A stretch of DNA of 64,000 nucleotides, from the NCBI GenBank assembly GCA_013265495.1, contig MU057416.1, positions 490,545-554,544 of the forward strand, in the 5' to 3' direction. The notes beneath the pieces were generated by a model. It ran no database searches, was not told the DNA's origin, and worked only from the letters and a program-made list of their open reading frames with translations. Source of the stretch: Vicugna vicugna (taxonomy: Eukaryota). Shown here piece after piece: positions 40,817-54,269 of the stretch. The number at the start of each line of letters is the position of its first letter. The stretch's first letter is position 1. Position numbers and translations under genes: made by a program.

Positions 40817-42825
40817 TATTTTTTAATTAATTGGACAAGCCAAAGAAAAATTTCTACACCATTCTCTCTCTCTCTCGCTCTCTCTCTATATATATATATG
40901 CACACACATATATAAATATATTTAACTAAACCCTAAAAATGCAAATCACTAAAAATAAACAAGACAAAAACATCTGAATTTAAAAAAGAATAAAAGCCTA
41001 TTTTTCAACACTACGCACTCACTAGGGACATTCCAAACTCTTAAGAACCTATTACATCATTCATATAAAATACCTAAGCCATGGGGGGGTCACGAGCTTT
41101 GTGGACATAATTACTGGTGATTAACCTCTGATGAGTCCCACTTCCAAACAGAGGTGGCTGTTTTTCCCCAGGTAGTTAGTCTTATTCTGATGCAAACTGA
41201 AAACTAAAGTGGAAGCCTCGAGGATTCTCATCAATAATCAGTCCTTGCTTTAAAGTCCTTAGGACCCTGTTAAAGCGCCAACGTGGATGAAAAATGAGAT
41301 CTGCTTCCTAATTCACTGTCTTAACTTGACTTTGAGCAAATTACTTCCTTTCATGGTTCTCAGCTTCTTCAATTGTCATATAAGGAATATCAAGTTAGAA
41401 AAACACCAAAGATGTTTACCTCTTAAAAATTCTAGAAACCCTTGATGCTAACATTTGCTATTCTGTTTCCTCTCTGCTTAAGCTTTGTGAGTACCTATTA
41501 TGTGCTAGACACTTTTCCAAATGTTTTACATGTGTTAAGTTATAATATCCTCACAAAATCTTTATATTTGACACACATTTTGTAAGTAACTTGAAGCATA
41601 CAGAGCTTAGGTATCATGCCTGAAGTCACAAAGCTGATTTGTAGTAAAAATGGGATTTGGACCCAGGCAGTTAAGCCTATGAGTTAACTATTGCACTATA
41701 CTTTCTCTAGATTTCTCCAGAATGTTCTGTGAAACACTAGTTCTCCAAAATTATTGCAAAAAAAAACAAAGGTTTATGGTCTACTAGTTATGACTGTTTC
41801 AGCTTTAAGTCACAGAGATATTGACACAAACCTACTTACACAAAAAAGAAATTAGCTCAAGAAGCCGAAATGTCCGGGGTGGAGGGTGACTGTGGTTTGG
41901 CAGTTTTGATTCAGTTGGTATCATTATGATTTGACAGCCCTGCGTTTATTTTTGATGGCTCCTTGGGCTTCAGGCAGTGGAAAGATGGCATCAGCAACTC
42001 TGGTCCTCACCTACTCAGCCCTCTTCACAACAGAGCGACTCTTCCATGAGTCCCAGTAAAAACACAGTGTGTCCTACTGTCTCTAATTGGCTCACATGTC
42101 CATATTCGAGTCAACCACTGTGGCTAGGCAGATGTCAGGAGCTGACCGGCTTTAAGCCTGTATCTCATGCTCCACCCTGGGGTTCTTGGTGGAATGACAT
42201 CACCAAAACCACGTGGATGGAGAACGGAAGAGGCATTGTCTTTCCAGGCAGAAATCAGTGTGTGGTTACTAAAACTGGTTGACAGATGCCCATAAATGTC
42301 CAAGACATGTAGCTAAGCTTATTTTGAAAGTATTTCAAGATGCATTTTTATTTCATAATACATTTCTTTATAAGCATCCTGAAACCTCCAAGATGCTCTG
42401 CAATAAAGAATTTGTTTCAGCTCATCATTTTGCAGATTTATTTGGGGTAGAACAAATTATTCAAGTAAAGTTCATCAGCATCCCTTTGAATTAGGATTTA
42501 TGCAGAACTCACTTGGGGGGAAGACACTGAAGTTCAGCTTCTGACATTTAGACACTAATATAATATAATATATGAGACATGCAAATGATCCCTCATTTCA
42601 TGTTTCCTACATCATCACCTCACCCTGACTTACAGAAATCGGCCTTACGTTGATCAGTACTAAAAAGTAAAACTCAGCCAGCATGTAATGGTTTTAACAA
42701 CACGTCTCACGAAACCCTTCCAAGATGTGCCTGTATAATGATTGAAACAGCTGCTGGAAAGCAAAACCACCAGTCGGGGCGTCCAGTTAATTCACAGGGA
42801 CTTTGCAGTAGCTTTTGCAAAATTG

Positions 42826-42860
42826 AAGAGTCTATGCTCTACCAACTGAGCTAGTCGGGC
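42826..42860 (-). pseudogene. Tailless retropseudogene of the 5' half of tRNA-Lys(CTT)
   Basis: Minus strand reads GCCCGACTAGCTCAGTTGGTAGAGCATAGACTCTT versus tRNA-Lys(CTT) GCCCGGCTAGCTCAGTCGGTAGAGCATGAGACTCTT (2 substitutions, 1 deletion). It stops at the anticodon and is flanked by the direct repeat tagcttttgcaaaa(c)ttgaa at 42809-42827 and 42864-42883. Confidence 0.9.
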
Positions 42861-42889
42861 AGCTAGCTTTTGCAAAACTTGAACAAGCT

Positions 42890-43085
42890 TTAGTTGTTTA
42901 AAATCACAAATATGCGTTCTTTGCTGTGGCCGTGCAGGCTGACTAGGCCGCTCTTCTGGGCGGGGTGGTCGAGGCTGGGCTCTGGCTTTCCTCTGCTCGT
43001 TGGTGGGCTGGCTGAGCTGCTTTTCTGTCTCACGTGCTCTTTCTTGCCCAAGTAAGCAAGCCAGGGCTTCTTAACATGGCTATTT
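42890..43085 (-). mobile_element. MLT1I/J-like LTR fragment
   Basis: ggctgggctctggct...gcaagccagggcttcttaacatggc pattern. Confidence 0.6.
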
Positions 43086-46000
43086 AACGTTTCAAAAAGA
43101 TCATCACAGTCGTTGGATGAGGGCATCCCCTGGGAGGAAGGTAAGCTAGAGCAAGGTGGCTCTCTTCAGCTACGAGTAATTTCTCGGAAGAGACTTAGCC
43201 GTGAGGCAGCAGCAGCCAATTAAAAAATGCACTGAATTAAAAACTTGGTGATTATTTTTATAGAATCAAATCATGTGAGTTTTGGCTAGTTGATCTTAAG
43301 GTTTCTCTTCAAACCATGAGATTTTACAATTTCTTAATTTTTGCAAAATGAGTTTTCGAATAGTGTCAGCGCTACTGTCAAAAGAAAGAACCCCCGTAAA
43401 TTCACTGGGGTGTATGTAAAGTGTCCTTTCTGGAAAATCGTAGAAAGATAGGTGTTCAGTATTGAAGCACAGCACTCCCACTGTTATGTTCCATCCAGCT
43501 GAATTTAAGGAGAGCAGTTAAGCACAGTGCTCTGGTATCTTGGGTATATTGCACTGACATGGACACAAAGACTCTTTCCAAAAAATGCCGAAATGTGGGG
43601 TTGAGGAAATGTGACTCCAAGACACCGTCGCTCGAAGTGTGTCTAGTGACAAATTAAAAATACACATCTTGAGGACCCTCAAGGGAAATTTGCAAATTAT
43701 TGAGCCATGTGTGCAATCTCAAATACTGACCACACACACACCCTGCACTCAGTGTTGTGCGGGCGACCAAGCCATGTGTACAATCGTTGGGAGGGAAGTT
43801 CCATGTAAAGAAAGAATGAAAGCTTTGTAATACTTCTGAAAGTTAAAAATCCTTGAAATATCTTTCAGAAATGTCTATAACATACTTGGTTTACTTCTTG
43901 CAAGACATGGTATATTCATTCCTTGTAATTTTAGACTCATATTTATTTTGTTATAAATAAACTATGTATTATAAACTTTTCTAGAAAAATCTGCTTTTAA
44001 ATTTTGTCCCATTTTCTTACATAAAAGTTAGAAATGTTCTAAAGCTTCCAGTGACTCACTGGGGAATGCATTTCCCAATGTGTCTCAACCAGAAGTGGCT
44101 CTAAGTAACTCGTGTCAAAGGAATCAGATATCCCAGTTCTTGACTTGAAATATGTATGTATGTCACTCACACCTAAACCAAAATATATTTATAGAAGTAT
44201 TAACCCCTTTGCTTTATTTATTTTTAAATTTTATCTCCTACAACCTAGAAATGGTCCAGTATCTTTTACCTACCAAAATTGTTGTATGCAGGTCAAATCT
44301 TCATTGCAATACATAAGTTCTAACACGTGTGAAACAAGTTTTCTGGTTTCTCTCTTTGGTCAGTGAAATGTAAGTGCACTGAATATCATGCTTTCTCGTT
44401 TACCTAACCAGTGGTCATCTGAGTGCTGTTAAGAATTTGGCACTTGAAAAAATAAATTAATAAATAGATAAAAATAAATGTAAAATTTTAAAAATTTAAA
44501 AAAAAACAATTTGGCATTTGCTCTTGGCACACAGAACCAATAGTTTTAGAATATATTTGCTACCATGACCAGTAAAATAAGTCAAACTTAAGGACTCAAA
44601 TAAGCCACGAAACTCTGCCAAGTTTCAGCAGCTTTATTATTATTTATTTCAGAATGGATCTGGTTAGTGTTGATAAACATCTCCATGTACCACATGCAAC
44701 CCTGATTTCAGAGGAACTGCAACAAAATTACTCTTGAAGAAACAATTTTAAAAAAAGGTATTTTCATAACTTGAACATTTTAAAGACACTTGATACTTAA
44801 AAGTATCAAGCTTATTCCTAGTATAAAATTTAACTTAAATATTGTAGCAGAGAAAACTCCCAGTATTTATATATCTTTAAAATATATCTTGGTAAATCTG
44901 TTTCATTGTGGTTATGGCATAAATGTATAACATTTTAAATCCTATAAATAAGAGCAGATGACAGACTAGAGGGGTAATGAAGACAGATGGAGATGTCCTG
45001 ACATTCATTTTGCCTCTTTTTACTCCATTATTTCTGGAAAAAGAAGGCTCCCTCTTTGGATGAATGCAAAGAGTATTTAAAATTATTATGACTTGGTTTA
45101 CTTTATTGTCTCACATATTTCTTGGGTTTGGAGAAATCATTTAATCTGTGAAATACTAAGTAGAGGAGACATGTAACATCATAGTCTACCACAATTAAAT
45201 TATGCAAGTATGAAAGGAGAAAAGTGTGCATGAATAATTACATTTGTGTAATTTATAAGGAATTCAGTAAGATTACCAAAGGACTGCAACAAAGCGAAAG
45301 TCACAAGGCACATTGAATAAACTCGATATTACTTATTGAATAATTTAAAAAAGAATTTAAATTAGATGTAAAATAATATGCTCAAATTTATGAATACCCA
45401 AAAGTAAAGTAAAATATCAATTTGCTTATGAGATAGGTGAATATTACAAGATTGATACTATGTAGTGTAATTATATTATTGATAATATACAGTGTATAAT
45501 ATATGTAAGGAATGGACACACATATGCTGCTGCTGAGAATGTGAGCAGTTCTCTAAGGAGCAATTTGACAGCACAGATATTAAAATGTGCGTGAGTTCTA
45601 CTTGGCAATTCCACTTCTAGGGATCTATATTTTTGAAATACACTAGTACTTAAAATAATTTGAATATTTTTTAAGATGCTCATCGCAGAATTGTTTGTCG
45701 TAGCAAAAACTGAGAAGAACTCTTAAGAGATTAAAAGCATTGAACTCTGGGATTCTACAGACTTGTATTAAACTCTCAGTTCTAACTCATACTAGCTTAA
45801 CAACCCCTGGAAATACACTAACATTTTTAAAACTCAGTTTGCATATCTAGATGTAATAATAATACCTCACAAATAGGATTGAACGTGAATTAAATAAGGC
45901 AATACAAATAAAGCATTCAGAACCTTTAAATAATCAATGTCTGTAAGTAGGGGATTTACTAGATAAAGCATGGTACATCTGTCCATACAATGGAATATTA

Positions 46001-47984
46001 TATAATCTGTAAAAAGAATGAAGTAGTTACAGCTTTGTGTTTTGACACAGAAAGATACTGTTAGGTTAAACAAACAAATATCAATTAGGATCATGCAATT
46101 TATGTATGGAAGACTGATCAGCTTTTACCAGTGGAACTGTTTATTTTTTATGCATTTCTGTGTTGTCTGAATATTTCAATACTCCAGCCAGTACTGTTTT
46201 TCAGAAGTGCTTAGTCTCTGCCGCCATGGGGAAAGGAGAGAGTTCTGGATAGATACACACTAAAATTTTTTTTAATTTAAAAGTTCATTTCCAGGAAGGG
46301 GTAAGGTTATGGGAGTCTCTTATGTATTACTTCTTTCTTTTTGTATTTGCTGAAAAAGTTTTTGCAATGAACATGTATTGATATATGATCAAAAAAGGAA
46401 ACTATGACAGTACAAAGAAGAAATGGGTGGATGATGCATTTAAAAGAAAATTCACGTCTTCATAACAACCCCTTGCTTTTTTTCAAAATTGCTTGATGTT
46501 TTTCTCTACAGTTTCCCTGTGAAACAGATAGGGTGGAGTTTTATTAACCTCATTTAGTTTGTTAAAACATGCAGCATATGAGAGGGTTACTCAGAGTGGT
46601 GCATTGAATTGGAGGTGGACTCGGGTGGAACTGAAGTCTTCAGTGTTTATCTCTTCCCCCAGAATTGAGATAAGAATCATAACTGCTACTTTATCTTATT
46701 GTGTTCTGCTTTTTCCATGATATCAGCCCTCTCTTAATACAGTTTTTTTTCTTTTCCTTTTTGGTCATTTGTAGATATTTTAGCTATAAAAATCAAATTA
46801 AGAAAACTTTGAGACTTCATGAAATCCTTGCACACCAAGTCCACTCAGTTGAGTAATTTGGAGGATATAATTTGATGTTTTTACTCTCTACCTCCACAGC
46901 TTTCTCAGAAAGTTGCAGTATTAAGGCCAGATAGTTGACTCTAAAATATTGTCAATTACTTTTGAGAAGATGAGAATTGCTGAGACAGGAGCACTTTTCA
47001 TAACAGGTAAGAGAAACTTCCAACTCTATTTTGAAATGAGTCGTAGTCACCAGTATTTTTCCAATACTTTGTTATTTTTATTTAATCTACAGAAAACAAG
47101 GATGGCGGAACTTAGTAACTACTGTATCTTAAGTGTTACCAGATATGACTCTAAACCATCGTAATTGGCAGATCCTCCCAGTCTAACATCAGTGTTAGGC
47201 TTCAGCGATTCTTAAATCGATTATCTTCAAGACTCAAAAGCTCATGAGGTAAATAATTAGAGTGATAAGGAATGTTTCCGTCTGAGTTGAGGTCACACAT
47301 GTCGCCTGTTCTGACACACTCAGCCCTACACTGATGTGGGCCACACAAACCGTGTTCTAGAAGTGGCTGGACTGTCAATCCACCCACAGTCCTACATCAT
47401 GGGTTTGTAACTGGTAAGAGAAGAGGAAACCATTTTAATTAGCGCCCACCACGTGTCCAGCATTTTATATTTATTATCTTGTTTAAATCCTAATTTAAAA
47501 CTGTGAGTTAGGTATTGAAATCCCAGTTTTTCAAATGAGAAAACATGCTCAGAGGGGCTGATTAACTTGTCCTAAGTCTTGTTCATAAACAGCAAGGCTG
47601 GAATATAAAACCAGCTCATTTGTCTGATGACATTTTCAATATATCACTGTTTCTTAACACAGGGGACACCCTGGCATCCGCATCACAATTGCAAGGGACT
47701 TTGATTTACAAATTCCAGTGCATCAGCCCAAACAAACTGCATCAGTCTCTGGACGTGGTCCCAGGAAACTCCAGTTGAAACAATAACCCACTGGAGGCAT
47801 TCACATTCTTGACACGTGGGACAACCTTTCAGTCCAGGTGCATCCCCTTCCACAGGCCCTAACCCACATGCATACACCAGGAGATGATTAGATAGCCCTG
47901 GGATCTTTTTTTTTTAACTTCCTTTCATCACTTTTTTATCCTAAATGATGGAGGCCAAGAATTTCCTGGTAGAGACAGTATGGA

Positions 47985-48690
47985 CATTTCATCAAGGATT
48001 GGACGAACATATGAACAGCAGGCTGATTCAACCAACTGCTGGCCCTGAGTCGGAAAGATATTCAGCACGTTGGATGGGAGTCAGTTACAAAATCAAAATG
48101 GTCTTGACAAGAGAGAACAATTAACCAAACCAGGCATTAGAAAATGCAGGAGAGACAAGTTCTAGGCACTGTAAAGAGAGCCAAAAAGCTGGCCACGAGT
48201 GCGCCGTACAAAGACGGGGCTCCATCCAAAGCTGCAAGGCGCATACCACTCCTCCTCCTAATAGAAAATAAAGCTGAATGCACCTTGGGCTTTATTAATA
48301 GATTTAACAAAGTCAGGGCAGGCATGGTTCCCCTCCCTTTGCTTTTGGCCTAGCTGGACTGCTTCTGGAGTCTGGGAGAAGGTTGTGAACGCCGCAGTTA
48401 AACAGTGGCACAGGCCAGTCGCTCTGCACACCGCGGAGACGGCTCCAGAAGGCGAGGAAACGTGACGCCGCATCATGGGGGGTGGGGGAGGTGAGGTGGT
48501 GTTCAGCCTGAGAAAGGAGCCAGTCGACATGAGATAACCGTCTTTAAAAATCTGAACGTCTACTCCGTGCAAGCGGGATAGAGTCAGTCCATGGGGCTAC
48601 GGAGTCTGAATTAAAAGCAAGGAGTGGAAGCTTTAAAGATTCCAGATCCACATAAGGAGGACTTTTTTAACAGTTAGAGGAATTAGCGAA
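47985..48690 (+). mobile_element. L3/CR1 LINE fragment (RT 3' region)
   Basis: aaaagctgaatgcaccttgggctttattaatag, tgttcagcctgagaaag, ccgtctttaaaaatctgaa and ataaggaggacttttttaacagttagag are CR1-like motifs. Confidence 0.7.
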
Positions 48691-50622
48691 CACAGGAAAT
48701 CGCAGTGTCGGTGCCCGTCTGCCCGCCCAGGGTGTGGCAGACAGCCGAGCGCCACCGTGGTCTAACCCTTGCCTGTCTTGATCCCCATCTTCTCCCCGGC
48801 ACTTGGTGCAAAGGCATCTCTTAGTAAATATTTTTTCAATAAATCAGTGCTCAAGATTCTATGATTCTGATCAGTCAAATGCCTATTTCAAGTCTACTCA
48901 TGCTATAAGAGAATAAATAAATTCCTTTTTCTGCCAACCCCATCCCAGTGTCCCGAACTCAACTTTCATCCATTCTAGCCAACTGGGGAAAAAGCCTGCC
49001 TCAGTCTGATTACCTATGACGGGGAACTGAGAAATGGTTTTTACCAATAAGACTTTGCTACCTAGAAATCATGAGGTTTTATGACTTTAGCAAACAAATT
49101 ACTCTTGAATGGTCCAAATGAGCAGGTCACTTGACTAAACTCCAGTAAAGTACTGGTAAGAACACATGCCTGAAAAAGGCAGATTTCAGAGAGAGAGGAA
49201 AAAGGTAATTTCAAATAAGTCTTTACTGGGACGTTGATCTCAACTCTCGGACCTGCAAAGGTGTAAATGGGTGTCTTCAAAATGGATGTCAAGGCCAGTG
49301 CAAAACTATGCCTAGAGGTCAAAAAAAAAATAATAACCTCCTAGCCAAATGACAGGTAGAGCTGCACCATTAGAGTTTAATTTACTTCAATTATGATCAT
49401 TTTCGATCCATGTTAGCATCTTGGGCTGGAGGAGGGAAGAAGGTTAAGTGCTTTCAGCCTGTGTAACATCTACCTGATGTTTGCACAGAAAACACCGCTG
49501 CGTCAGTCAAAGCAGAGCTTAGGAGGTGGCTTCAGTTGACACTGGGTTCCAAACCTGCTGTAACAGCTCACAGCAAACACACAGCGCACTTACCTGGCGG
49601 GTAGGCGGTCTGGAAGCACGTACCACGGACCGGATTACATGTTAATTTAGGTTTGTCCTCAGCAGACGGCCTCCCTTGATTCAGTTCTCGACAACAGGAG
49701 TGCGAGGGTTCAGGCTTTAGATTTAAGTTCAAGTCTTCGGTAAGTACTCATTCGAGGCGGCCTTTCTCCTCCACCCCCAGCTCACCTCAGAAGGAGCTGT
49801 TCTGATGGGTCATCTTCCCAAATTAAACCCCCATAGTAGTTATGCGTTACAGGTTTCTCCGTGTCTGCCGTTCACCTGCGCTGTTTGACTCTCCTTATGC
49901 ATCAGGTAGTACAAATATGTACAAGAGCCCTCAGAATGGTTTATTCCAGAGATTTACCTTCTGTAATAAGGTTGTGGTTGGGAAGTAATAACAGGAACTG
50001 GAGAGCAAACTATAGATCTTCTGTGAGCACGTGTACACCCTAAATCAGAGGACATTCCTGAATGTGCTACCCAGTGCCAACAGGGACAGCATCCAGAAAC
50101 AATCTGGTATTCACTGGTAAACAAAAGCTTTTTCTAATTATTTTACCACATAGAAATTGTCATGTACATTAGAACAATCCAGGGAAATACTCAGAAAAGA
50201 CATCTTCCCTTCTGTTCTAAAACTGGGGAAAGTATGGAAAGAAATGAAAAATGCACCTTCAGACATACTCCATCTTTAACATTAACAACATAATTTTACT
50301 ACACATCAAAATAGCTGGGGTGCAAAATTCAGTATTTCCTTCAATGACCCATATATCGGTGGACATTTATCTTACTACCTTGTGAACCAAGAAGGTTATT
50401 AGTTGGTTCACACAAATTTTAAATATTCTTGCTGCCTGACAACGTTGGCATGCAACTGAGACTCCACTTTGGGGTTGGATCTCATGCATTTTAGGAACTC
50501 AGACCAATGATGTGAAGTCTCCAGGTTTCAAGTACTCCAAGGTTTCTGTTTTTTAATTAACATCAGCTTTACAGTTGGCTCTGCATTCTGCTTTCTTAGG
50601 GGCACCTGCGCCTTTTTGCAGG

Positions 50623-50630
50623 CACACACA

Positions 50631-50666
<36 letters not shown>

Positions 50667-50672
50667 TGCACA
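50623..50672. repeat. (CA)n microsatellite
   Basis: Direct reading. Confidence 0.95.
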
Positions 50673-50954
50673 CTGATGCTCACACATCCCAGCTGCCCAG
50701 ATAGCTGATGAGGGAATCAGTTCAGAACTCAGTGTTCTGCATTCACAGCAGCAGGTGAGATCCAACAACACTGAAGAGACATAGAAGGAAAGACTCTTCC
50801 ACGTAGGAGGGATTTACCTCCTAGGGCCAGCATATGATATGAAGATGAGTTCGAGAATTGTCCTAATGGCTTAAGCAAGCAGTGTGGCGAGGAACTGACC
50901 CAAGACAATAGCAATGAGTAGGACAAAATTAGCTTAAGAATTACATAGGTGGGC

Positions 50955-50989
50955 GTTATGGTGTGTATGTATGTGCACACACACACAAA

Positions 50990-51023
<34 letters not shown>

Positions 51024-51350
51024 GGAATACTACGTGGCCATAAAAAAAGAATGAAATCATACCATTTGCAGCAATGTGGGTGGACTTGGAAGTCATCATT
51101 CTAAGTGAAGTAAGCCAGAGAGAAAGACAAATATGATATCATTTATATGTGGAAACTAAAATATGATACAAATAAACTTATTTACAAAACAGGAACAGAC
51201 TCACAAACATGGAAAACAAACTTACAGTTACCAGATGGGAACGGAAGGAAGGTAGAAGTCCGGGACCTGCAGACACACACTACTGTATATAAAACAGATA
51301 AACAACAAGGTCCTACTGCAGAGCACAGGGAACTCTATTCAATACCTTGA
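50955..51350 (+). mobile_element. L1 3' fragment beginning with (CA)n
   Basis: aatggaatactac...ccatttgcagcaa...aacaacaaggtcctactg. Confidence 0.9.
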
Positions 51351-54065
51351 TCAAGAACAAGGTGGTAAGTCGATGTATCTGACTGACTGATTGCACGTGG
51401 GGTCTCTTACCCTCCCCTCCCTCTCACGTTGCCCTCTCCTTGATTACCCTCCCCTGTATCCTATCTAATATTTTCAACTCTTCTTTACATTTCTTTCAGT
51501 TAATTGTAGTATTATGTTTGTCCTTTAAGTATTGCAATTTCTCATGGATTTTTCTTTGGCATTTTTTCTGAGCATTCACTCACATACTCATTCATTAACT
51601 CACTCCTTCACTCATTATTCACAGATACTAAGGGCACACAACCCATTTTCCAAGGCACTTGAAATACAGAGACTTATGACCGTTACTCTCCATCCTGAAA
51701 ATAAGTATCTAGTCTCATAGGTGATAGAATGAAGTGAAAAAATGGTACTTGGTAAACATGAGCTTGCTCCCAAAACACATCTCTACTCCTGCTTTGCCAT
51801 GTGTTCCCTGAGAGCATGGTTTACATATGGTTTTTCTTTCCAGCCTAATATGTATGGCTAAGTACCTTTTTTTCTGAATTCTTCACACTGTAATATTTCA
51901 CTCCCCCAGAATTAATTTTAACTCCTCATTCTAAATAATCTATGAGTTGCTTAAGTACTTACTAGTACAGCTAAATGTTATTTGTCCTTATTAACTATTC
52001 ATGTTTCCTCATATATCAATATAATTATCAAGACAGAAACCTGAGATGCCCATTGGATGTTTTTCTATTAAAATACCTCATGCTATTATTTTGTCTTTTC
52101 CAAATAAAATCATCATTATTATAATTACTCATGGAGTTACTTGCATGTTTCGTCACTGCATCATCTTTAGTCTTCTGTGTTTTCTTGAGTATTGAACTGA
52201 TTCTCAGAAGTCAGTGGACAAGCCTGTTAAGTGGGCATCTGGCCACTTGCCCAGTGGCTTCGTATTAGTTTGTGCTTGATGAGTGATAATGGGAACAGGA
52301 GGATCATTTACTGTGACTAATAGCTGGTTGATTTATTTCTTCGTCTCTGTCCCCTCTCCTTAGTAGTGTAAATATGGAAGCCAACGATTGACATGCTCTG
52401 ATTGACAGCAACTGGATAACGCCATTTGGAAAGGAACGATCTTTTAGCAACTACTGTATCTGAGACATTGTATCGGATGCTGCTGAGATTAGGAAAAAGA
52501 TACACAGTTCACATGTCTTGCATGTTAATATTATACAGAGACACAACCTTAATTTAAATATTTCTTAACAAAAGATCTCATAGCCACATCATGGTTTTGA
52601 TCTCTGCTCTGAAGCCTTTTCCTAATTTAAAAATCTCTCGGCGCTGCCTCAGGACACGTGCTTTGGGAGTCCTGAGCCAGCAGGTAAGCCATGCAGGTCC
52701 CTTGACGACACGTGACAGATGGGGCACTAAGACGGAGCTGGGGCCCATGGAGATGCGGAGCCCTGGAAGCCCGGCTGTCCTGGATTCCAACCCCCACCTC
52801 CTCGCAGTTGGCTGTGCCGACGCGACTAGCTCTTGGCCACGGGCTGCACACCGTGATGCACAGGAGAACCCCTCCCACCTTGATCTTGTCTGACACAGTG
52901 ATCTTGGAAAGGGGTTGAATATGGGAGAGCCACACGTGAAAGGTGACTGGGCCCCTGGTCTGCCACTTGGAGGAGAGCTGCCTACGTAATTAGAATCCCT
53001 GCTTGAGGTGCTTGTACATCAGAAATAAGCCTAAATTAGGTGAAGCCTCTGAGGCTGCAGGGTGTGTCTTCTCCATGAGCACGCATTCCCTCAACTAACA
53101 CAGCAGGTGTTTCTGAGCTAGAAAAGTGAAACGCGTTAACTTCATCCTCAGTGAGCTTTTAACATATTCGTGGAAGATAAACATGGCCCTCTGGTGAGTT
53201 AATGAGCAGCAAAGGGGTATTAATAAACAGAAAACAAACCCAGCACAAGTTCCGTGGCGACACGTCACTGTATGTTCAGCAGTGCCCTGGGGAAGCGGGG
53301 CACTCATTGGGTTTTGAAAAGCTGACGAAGTTTTTAACAGTAAGAAAGAAGGAAGGAAGAGGAGTTTAGGATGTGGTACCAGTGAAGGTAACAACGAGGA
53401 AAGATGGGTGGCTCAGAAAGTCACAGACACGGCTGGCTGGGGCTTCAGTGTGTGCTGGACACTGGAGGTCAGGCTGTATGTAAAGGGCTATTGAAAACAC
53501 ACTTCAGAGATGCTTTAACACAACACAGGGGATTTATGATTTATTTGATAAGAAATAAAAACCCTTTGAGATAAGATCGAAATGGTGACGGCAACCTCTT
53601 GGAAAAGGGGACGGATGGGATGATTGGCATCTTGAATACCAGTGAGAATATTGCCGTGCTTGTAATACTGGCAGTAAGGGCTTCAGGGGTAACTGCGACA
53701 CTGAGCCTCTCCCCGTGAGCAGCTGAAGACCTTGGAAAAGTGCTTAGGGAGCTACTCTTCCAGGCACCAGACAACAGGTGGAACGAGATGGATGTTCTAG
53801 TAAAAAGGAAAACTTTGTGGTCCTCTGTCTGAGGACATCTCAGTGATCACACAGCAAGCTGGAGTCCAAGAGAAATAAGGTGGTCTCGCGGAGAGGACAG
53901 AAGCAGAAATCAGAGAACGGAGCCCCTGAAGTGAACAGAATCTGCACAACAGGGTTGGGAGCCACACAGAGGAAGGGCCTCATAAGCCTGGGTGGACGTT
54001 CTTTGAAAAACATGACTTACCAACATAAAAGCAAGAAGAAAGAAAGGAAAAAAAAAAACAAGGAT

Positions 54066-54250
54066 GGGGGAAGGGTATAGCTCAGCGGCAGAGTGTGCGA
54101 TCAGCATGTATGAGGTCCTGGGTTCAATCCCAGCCCCTCCATTAAATAAGAAAGACAGAGAGAAAGAGAGCAAGAGAGAAAGAGAGAAGGCCTAACCACC
54201 ACCCTCCCAAAAAACCCAAACAAATAAAAAATGTAATAAAGTTAAAAAAA
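54066..54250 (+). mobile_element. Camelid tRNA-derived SINE (Vic-1 type)
   Basis: A box tagctcagcgg, B box ggttcaatccc, then A/AG-rich region and cctaaccaccaccctcccaaaaaa tail. Confidence 0.9.
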
Positions 54251-54269
54251 ATCTTAGAAAACCCAACGA

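Noticed and set aside
39926..40915. L1 ORF2-like ORFs as a functional gene
   Set aside because: Fragmentary, with stops and deletions. Dead L1 copy.
44059..44145. Phase-0 exon candidate ending ...HWEMHSP|gtgagt
   Set aside because: No convincing acceptor upstream.
49588..49605. U1 snRNA-like start acttacctggc
   Set aside because: Similarity ends after ~11 nt. It is simply the complement of a splice donor.
52317..52475. Minus acceptor and 62-aa ORF
   Set aside because: No downstream donor and no recognisable protein similarity.
54066..54145. tRNA-Ala-like gene
   Set aside because: A/B boxes belong to a SINE with an A-rich tail, present in three divergent copies in this window.
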